64,000 nucleotides of DNA from Phormidium sp. (lineage in GTDB: Bacteria > Cyanobacteriota > Cyanobacteriia > Cyanobacteriales > Aerosakkonemataceae): NCBI GenBank assembly GCA_051013385.1, contig CP143273.1, positions 1,856,001 to 1,920,000 on the forward strand, written 5' to 3'. A program made the translations under genes and the position numbers. Below are positions 58,835 through 64,000 of the stretch, one piece after another. Each line of letters starts with the position of its first letter. The stretch's first letter is position 1. The notes beneath the pieces are model-generated. The model searched no databases and had not been told where the DNA came from. It saw only the letters and a program-made list of their open reading frames with translations.

Positions 58835-60070
58835 ATGACAGGGCAAGAAACACAAGGTAAACCAATTAATTTAAACATCAATCCTAAAGATATTTCCTGG
58901 GCTTATTGGCCTGTTTTACCACTTTATCCATATAGCAAAAGACGGACTATTCGTAAAGAAGTGGTTCCAGATACTATCTGGACTTTCGATCAGTTACAAG
59001 GCATTTTTTATGTTGCTGTACCAATTAGAATGACGGTTGTCAGATTAGAAACCGGAGGTTTGTTAATCTATGCACCAGTCGCCCCAACTTTAGAATGTAT
59101 TAGATTAGTTAAAGAATTGGTGGCAAAATATGGCGATGTAAAATATATAATTTTGCCCACAGTTTCCGGTTTGGAACATAAAGTTTTTGTTGGCCCTTTT
59201 GCCAGACGGTTTCCCCAATCGCAAATTTTCATCGCCCCAGGACAATGGAGTTTTCCCATTTCTTTACCTTTGAGTTGGTTAGGTTTTCCCGGAAAACGCA
59301 CTCAAATACTTCCAGAAGATAGCAGTAAAACTCCTTTTCCTGATGAGTTTGATTATCGAATTTTAGGCCCGATTGGATTAGGTTTAGGTTCATTTGGCGA
59401 GGTGGCTTTTTTTCATAAGCGATCGCAAACTCTCCTAGTAACTGACTCGGTAGTTTCCGTCCCCGAACATCCCCCAGAAATCGTTGAACTTGACCCTTAT
59501 CCTTTACTTTTCCACGCCAAAGATGATGCTTTTTCTGTTGTTGAAGACAACGAAGCTAATCGTCAAAAAGGTTGGCAACGCATCTCATTATTTGCCTTTT
59601 ATTTTCGTCCTAGTGCAATGGAAACAGTGAAATTAGGACAAGCATTTCGGAGTTCTTTCCAAGTTGGCGATCGCTCCAAAAAAGCTTATTTTGGTATCTA
59701 TCCATTCAAATGGAAAAATGGCTGGCAACATTCATTTAACGCCCTCCGAAGAGATGGGCATTTATTAGTAGCACCAATCTTACAAGCTTTGATTTTGAAT
59801 CGCGCACCACAGGAAACAATTAATTGGGCAAATCAAGTTACTCAATGGAATTTTCACCGGATTATTCCCTGTCATTTTGATGCACCAATTTCCGCAACTC
59901 CCCAGCAATTTCGCCAAGCATTCAACTTTTTAGAAAAAAATCCTGCTATCACCGATGATTTAATTGGTGCTACTAAACCTCTGCCAGAAGAAGATTTTCA
60001 ACTACTCAGAGAACTGGATGAAGCTTTAGGCAAACTTGGCATTGTGCCACCGTCAAAAGAAAAAATTTAA
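58835..60070 (+). CDS. DUF4336-domain protein (metallo-beta-lactamase-like fold)
   Basis: 'PIRMTVVRL', 'GLEHK', 'TLLVTD' and 'IIPCH'. Confidence 0.8.
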   Translation: MTGQETQGKPINLNINPKDISWAYWPVLPLYPYSKRRTIRKEVVPDTIWTFDQLQGIFYVAVPIRMTVVRLETGGLLIYAPVAPTLECIRLVKELVAKYGDVKYIILPTVSGLEHKVFVGPFARRFPQSQIFIAPGQWSFPISLPLSWLGFPGKRTQILPEDSSKTPFPDEFDYRILGPIGLGLGSFGEVAFFHKRSQTLLVTDSVVSVPEHPPEIVELDPYPLLFHAKDDAFSVVEDNEANRQKGWQRISLFAFYFRPSAMETVKLGQAFRSSFQVGDRSKKAYFGIYPFKWKNGWQHSFNALRRDGHLLVAPILQALILNRAPQETINWANQVTQWNFHRIIPCHFDAPISATPQQFRQAFNFLEKNPAITDDLIGATKPLPEEDFQLLRELDEALGKLGIVPPSKEKI

Positions 60071-60077
60071 GCTGAAT

Positions 60078-60470
60078 TTACTTGTACAAAACAGCTTCTT
60101 TCAAAGTGGCAACTTTAGCGATTGCTTGGTTAATCCCCTCTTGTGAAACTCCTTTACTAGCCATTGCTTCACTTAAATGTTTAGCGATCGCATCAAAATG
60201 TTCTGGTTGTAAATTTAAACCCTCGTGTGCTTTTTCCATCGATTTTCCTGTATATTGTTTTGGTCCACCAAGAGCAAAAGAGATAAAAGCAGTTTGGTGA
60301 CGACGTTGCTTTTCCATATCTGTATGCGCGAAAAACTGATTAACAGTATCCTCTGCTAAAACACGGTTGTAAAAGTCATCAACTATTTCTCTAACTGCTG
60401 ATTCTCCACCAAGCTGTTCATATAAACTTGTTGTCGTTCGGTTCCTAATTCTTTCTCTTGAAATTGTCAT
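60078..60470 (-). CDS. Group 1 truncated haemoglobin (GlbN-like)
   Basis: 'LYEQLGG', 'FY.RV', 'ALGGP..YTG..M..AH' and 'HFDAIA'. Confidence 0.9.
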   Translation of the reverse strand: MTISRERIRNRTTTSLYEQLGGESAVREIVDDFYNRVLAEDTVNQFFAHTDMEKQRRHQTAFISFALGGPKQYTGKSMEKAHEGLNLQPEHFDAIAKHLSEAMASKGVSQEGINQAIAKVATLKEAVLYK

Positions 60471-60829
60471 AATAGGATTTATCCTTTTCCAAACATTCTA
60501 CCCAAATCCTATCTTTATACTTCAGCAATCTCCTCTTTCAAAAGATCTAAAAGATAGAAAGTTATTTATCATACATTAGACAGAAGTATAATGATATTGC
60601 TCTGTCGTAAGAATGAATTTTACAGATTACAATTTTTGCATTAACCTAATAGACAATCAGTTATGGTTCTTTAGCACCAAAAGCTTTTAGGAATAAGTAA
60701 CTATTTGGTATAAGTAAACTAGCGATCGCTAGTTTTAGGGAACAAGGAACAGAAAATAAAACTTGGGTGTACCTCCCAAGTTTGAAAAACGCTATATTAC
60801 AAATAGGATACCAACTACCATTATTGGCA

Positions 60830-61069
60830 ATGTCTATTTCCAAATTAGAAGCAAAACAACTTTTAGAAAGAATGATTTTTGAGGAGACAAGCCCTCAAGA
60901 TTGGGTACAAGACGTTTGGGGATTAAGCCCTTTGTTGGGAGATAGCGCAGCTAAATTATTTGAAGCTTTTGAGATGTTAATTGAGTGTTGTCCTGAAGAA
61001 AAATTAGATAATTTGTTGCAATCTTTGTATCGAGAATATCTTGATTCGGAGTCAATACTGCTCGGTTAA
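60830..61069 (+). CDS. Conserved small hypothetical protein, C-terminus extended by a MITE
   Basis: ATG at 60830, 'DWVQDVWGLSP.LG'. The last residues SILLG are read from the MITE terminal repeat. Confidence 0.65.
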   Translation: MSISKLEAKQLLERMIFEETSPQDWVQDVWGLSPLLGDSAAKLFEAFEMLIECCPEEKLDNLLQSLYREYLDSESILLG

Positions 61070-61176
61070 GGGTAGGGGCGAAGCATTCGGGCCAAAATTT
61101 ATGGGTGAAAACCTAGATTTTCTGCCCGAATGCTTCGCCCCTACAGTCCACAAATTTGCTTAACCGAGCAGTATTG
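61053..61176. mobile_element. MITE with 18-bp perfect terminal inverted repeats and a 10-bp target-site duplication
   Basis: CAATACTGCTCGGTTAAG / CTTAACCGAGCAGTATTG, with GATTCGGAGT at 61043-61052 and 61177-61186. Confidence 0.92.
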
Positions 61177-61238
61177 GATTCGGAGTAGATTCGGGATTGG
61201 GGATTAGGTACTAGGTACTGGGGACTTTTTGTACTGGG

Positions 61239-61577
61239 CTATAAGTACAAGATTGTTCTTAGCCCTTCATCTATTTCCTCTTGTAAATAGCCTGGTACTG
61301 TGCCAACACGCTCAACCAAAAATTTTTTGTCGATCGTCAAAATTTGAGAGACATTAGCAACAGAATCTCTAGGCAAACCTGATGTTTCACGGGGTAACAA
61401 TACATTGCCAGGTGCTTCTGCTAACTGAATATTTGAGGTAATGATAACGACGATTATTGTACTGATGCGGCTCTGATTAAATGTGTCATCTTCAATGATT
61501 AAAACAGGACGACGATAACCAGGTTCCGAACCTACTGGATCGGGTAAATTCGCCCACCAAATTTCTCCCCGATACAT
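61239..61577 (-). CDS. MazF/PemK-family toxin
   Basis: 'RGEIWWA.L....GSEPG.RRPVLII' and 'ITS'. TAATG-coupled to the antitoxin. Confidence 0.9.
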   Translation of the reverse strand: MYRGEIWWANLPDPVGSEPGYRRPVLIIEDDTFNQSRISTIIVVIITSNIQLAEAPGNVLLPRETSGLPRDSVANVSQILTIDKKFLVERVGTVPGYLQEEIDEGLRTILYL

Positions 61578-61813
61578 TACCAATCCTCACGCGGTAGAGA
61601 CATAAATTGGATTTTTGCTAATAGGGGATCTAGCTCAGAAGACTCTTCCGAATAAACTTGGTTCAGCTTATTTAAGATTTGATTACGGTTATACTTTCGC
61701 AAATATGCTTGCAACGCTTTTGTATAAAGTTCGCTGCGTGATAAGCCTAACTGTTTAGCCAGTGCTTCTGCTTCTTCAAAAACTGAATCTGGTAGCGAAA
61801 TAGCAGTTTTCAT
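61577..61813 (-). CDS. RHH (ChpI/CopG-like) antitoxin
   Basis: 'MKTAISLPD..F..AE.LA..LGLSRSELY..AL'. Confidence 0.85.
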   Translation of the reverse strand: MKTAISLPDSVFEEAEALAKQLGLSRSELYTKALQAYLRKYNRNQILNKLNQVYSEESSELDPLLAKIQFMSLPREDW

Positions 61814-61886
61814 TTGGTTTTGACTGTAATCGACTACATTTTTAGTTATACTGCGGTTATACCAAAACTGCAAGAGCTAAGTCCCG

Positions 61887-62009
61887 GTAATTACTCTCAC
61901 TGCAATTTCAACGTTTTCAACGGTTGCTAGCCTTCTGAGGATCTGCTTTCCCTCTTTCTTGTCCGTTGCGCTGAATCAAACTGAGATGATCGGTGTCAAG
62001 AATGTACAT
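61887..62009 (-). pseudogene. VapC/PIN toxin 5' remnant (frameshifted and truncated)
   Basis: MYILDTDHLSLIQRNGQE, a frameshift, then GKQILRRLATVENVEIAVRVIT ending at a MITE-like end. Confidence 0.7.
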
Positions 62010-62090
62010 TAAACCTTCTATCCTTTAAGATCGCCAGATGATAAAATAAAAAGTCAGAATCAAGGGTAAAAATTTGATGAAAATGTAGCT

Positions 62091-62336
62091 ATGAGCGTTG
62101 TTGTCCCTGACGAAATTTTAACTGCAACTCACATGACTGAAGCAGAAATGCGTCAGGAAATCGCTGTAATGCTTTTCCAGAAAGAAAAATTAACCCTTGC
62201 TCAAGCCAGCCGATTTGCAGGAATGCACCGCGTTGCATTTCAGCACTTACTCGCAAGTCGTCAGATTCCCGTGCATTATGGTGTAGAAGATTTGGAACAG
62301 GACATTAAAACTTTGCGGGAGATGGGGAGACTGTGA
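62091..62336 (+). CDS. UPF0175-family antitoxin-like protein
   Basis: 'EIAV.LFQ..KLTL.QASR.AG....FQ.LL'. GTGA overlap with the PIN gene. Confidence 0.85.
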   Translation: MSVVVPDEILTATHMTEAEMRQEIAVMLFQKEKLTLAQASRFAGMHRVAFQHLLASRQIPVHYGVEDLEQDIKTLREMGRL

Positions 62337-62830
62337 TTATTGTGAGTGATACGTCACCGATCAATAATCTGGCAGCGATTAACCAACTTCACCTTTTGCA
62401 GCAACTATACGGAACAGTTATCATTCCTGAAGCTGTTTATCGAGAACTGACTGATCCGAGCTTTCCTGTTGCAGGCGCGACTGAAGTCCAAACTTTTGAT
62501 TGGATTCAAACTCGTGCTGTTAGCGATCGCACAATCGTCCAAGCACTAAGCAATGAACTGGATGTTGGAGAAGCTGAAGCGATCGCTCTAGCAATTGAAA
62601 TTCAACCCGATCAGCTATTAATTGATGAACGTCGGGGTCGGCTAGTAGCATCCAGATTAAATCTACAATATATAGGAATCTTGGGAGTTTTGATTGAAGC
62701 AAAAAGTCAGGGTTTAGTTACTGAAGTGAAACCTTTGTTGGATGCTTTGATCAACCAAGCTGGGTTCTGGATTGCGGAACCTTTATATAACAGTGTTTTA
62801 AGGCTTGTTGATGAAGATGACTCGGTTTAA
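62333..62830 (+). CDS. DUF3368 PIN-domain toxin-like protein
   Basis: 'IVSDTSP', 'IPEAVY.E', 'LD.GEAEAIALA' and 'IDERRGR'. Confidence 0.88.
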   Translation: MIIVSDTSPINNLAAINQLHLLQQLYGTVIIPEAVYRELTDPSFPVAGATEVQTFDWIQTRAVSDRTIVQALSNELDVGEAEAIALAIEIQPDQLLIDERRGRLVASRLNLQYIGILGVLIEAKSQGLVTEVKPLLDALINQAGFWIAEPLYNSVLRLVDEDDSV

Positions 62831-62831
62831 A

Positions 62832-63092
62832 TCATAGAATTAGACCCTGTTGGCGATACTTTTTGAGTAGGAGTTGCTGATATTCGCTGGCTGGTTTTGC
62901 GGTGGTTACTTCTGGGCGATCGACACTTTCAAACCATTTTAACCATGCTTCGACAAGCTTTTCTTTACTCTGACTTTCAGCAGTTTTGGCAAGATGTTTT
63001 TGGGTAATAAAATCGATGAAATCACTTACTTCTTGCAAGAGTGGTTCGGGAAGTTGTTATAGTTTGGCGATCGTACTATCACGAATAGTCAT
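62832..63092 (-). pseudogene. DUF2281-like antitoxin with a premature TAA at codon 12
   Basis: MTIRDSTIAKL*QLPEPLLQEVSDFIDFI, with the stop at 63057-63059. Confidence 0.7.
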
Positions 63093-63145
63093 AACAATTA
63101 CCTCTATACTGTTGTCCAGAATATACATTGTAAAGTGTTGGCAAC

Positions 63146-63220
63146 CTATTCAACAGACTTGCGCCATTCTTGTCCAAGACGAACCGCTTCATCAAAGGTA
63201 GGATCGTTTTCAAAACTACC
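63146..63220 (-). pseudogene. 3' remnant of a small antitoxin-like gene
   Basis: GSFENDPTFDEAVRLGQEWRKSVE* with no intact 5' part. Assignment is from recollection. Confidence 0.45.
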
Positions 63221-63405
63221 CGAAACTCTCCTAATATAACTAAAACTTATCAACCTAAGTACGGAAGAGCCGTAATTTCTTCACAGCTATCCTACTCTTC
63301 TGGCTTTAGGGAGATTTGTTTCTCCCTGACTTATCTAAGGGAAACATAAGAGTATAGAAATTTTTAGGAGTTGCATCAATGGATACATCAATTAATAAAA
63401 AAGAT

Positions 63406-63525
63406 TTAGGTTGCTAAGGCTTTTGCTTCTAAATCGATCGCACATAAAGATTCAAAACCTGCCAGGTGAAATCCCGTAGTTAATCCACCTGCACCCGCAA
63501 ATAAGTCAATGATTGTGTATGCCAT
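63406..63525 (-). pseudogene. DNA (cytosine-5) methyltransferase 5' remnant
   Basis: MAYTIIDLFAGAGGLTTGFHLAGFESLCAIDLEAKALAT* contains motif I (FxGxGG) and then stops. Confidence 0.8.
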
Positions 63526-63654
63526 AATTGCATACTATAGTATTCGGTACAAACTGTCAATTTTACTGGGAGTGCGATCGAACTTAAATCATTACCCCAA
63601 AGAAAATAATTCTTGATACCTTAGAGGTTAGAACTAGGTTACTCATTCTGATTT

Positions 63655-64000
63655 ATGGCTCGAATTAATTTATTAGATACACGCACTACTAGTTTTGGTG
63701 ATTTGATTGGTAATGGCAAGATTTACCGAGTACCACCTTTTCAGCGTGATTACTCATGGAAAGAGGAAAATTGGGAAGATCTTTGGCAAGATATTTTAGT
63801 ACTTTACACTAACCCTGACTCTAGTCATTATATGGGCGCAATTGTGCTGCAAAGTACTGGCACTTCAGACAAAGAATTTACAATTATTGATGGTCAACAA
63901 AGGTTAGCAACTCTGAGCATTATTGCTATTGCTGTTATTAATCAAATTCAGAAATTAGTAGAGCGAGAAGAGGAAGCAGAAGCTAATCAAGAACGACAAG
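63655..64000 (+). CDS. DUF262 (GmrS-like) domain protein, 5' part (runs off the window)
   Basis: Hand translation: 'YRVPPFQRDYSW', 'HYMGAIV' and 'IIDGQQRLAT'. Confidence 0.85.
   Translation, partial: MARINLLDTRTTSFGDLIGNGKIYRVPPFQRDYSWKEENWEDLWQDILVLYTNPDSSHYMGAIVLQSTGTSDKEFTIIDGQQRLATLSIIAIAVINQIQKLVEREEEAEANQERQ

Noticed and set aside
1844..63201. Numerous 60-145 aa ORFs antisense to or nested in long genes
   Set aside because: They are shadow frames of well-supported genes and lack recognisable motifs.
1..64000. High frequency of GCGATCGC
   Set aside because: This is the well-known HIP1 motif of cyanobacteria and is used here only as a taxonomic clue.

Overview
Chromosomal window from a cyanobacterium, most likely filamentous. 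This is inferred from abundant HIP1 octamers (GCGATCGC), heptamer tandem repeats (STRR), the ndhA-I-G-E cluster and nblB. Most of the window is core genes (murJ, moaC, tRNA-Arg, tRNA-Ser, alr, sixA, gltA, ndhAIGE, NAD kinase) separated by repeat-rich intergenic DNA. Four accessory regions stand out. (1) At 1.4-5.9 kb, an islet bounded by a duplicated 5' end of a host gene carries an ABC-type ATPase plus a DUF4276/TOPRIM-like gene and three small unannotated genes, followed by two Rpn-family genes with candidate internal starts. (2) At 10.5-12.7 kb lies an apparently complete IS607-family element. Its TnpB has a reciprocally altered RuvC site (DxD in place of DxG in RuvC-I, Gly in place of the RuvC-III Asp, no zinc finger), a structured 3' region that fits an omega/reRNA, and a reconstructable empty site. 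This is the best candidate for an unusual RNA-guided system. (3) At 45-49 kb, a COG0523-WD40 operon with an upstream Zur-like box is bracketed by two small secreted GCxCPxC proteins. (4) At 57-64 kb is a region of intact and decayed toxin-antitoxin and restriction genes with MITEs. Family assignments come from motif recognition by eye; no database searches were run.
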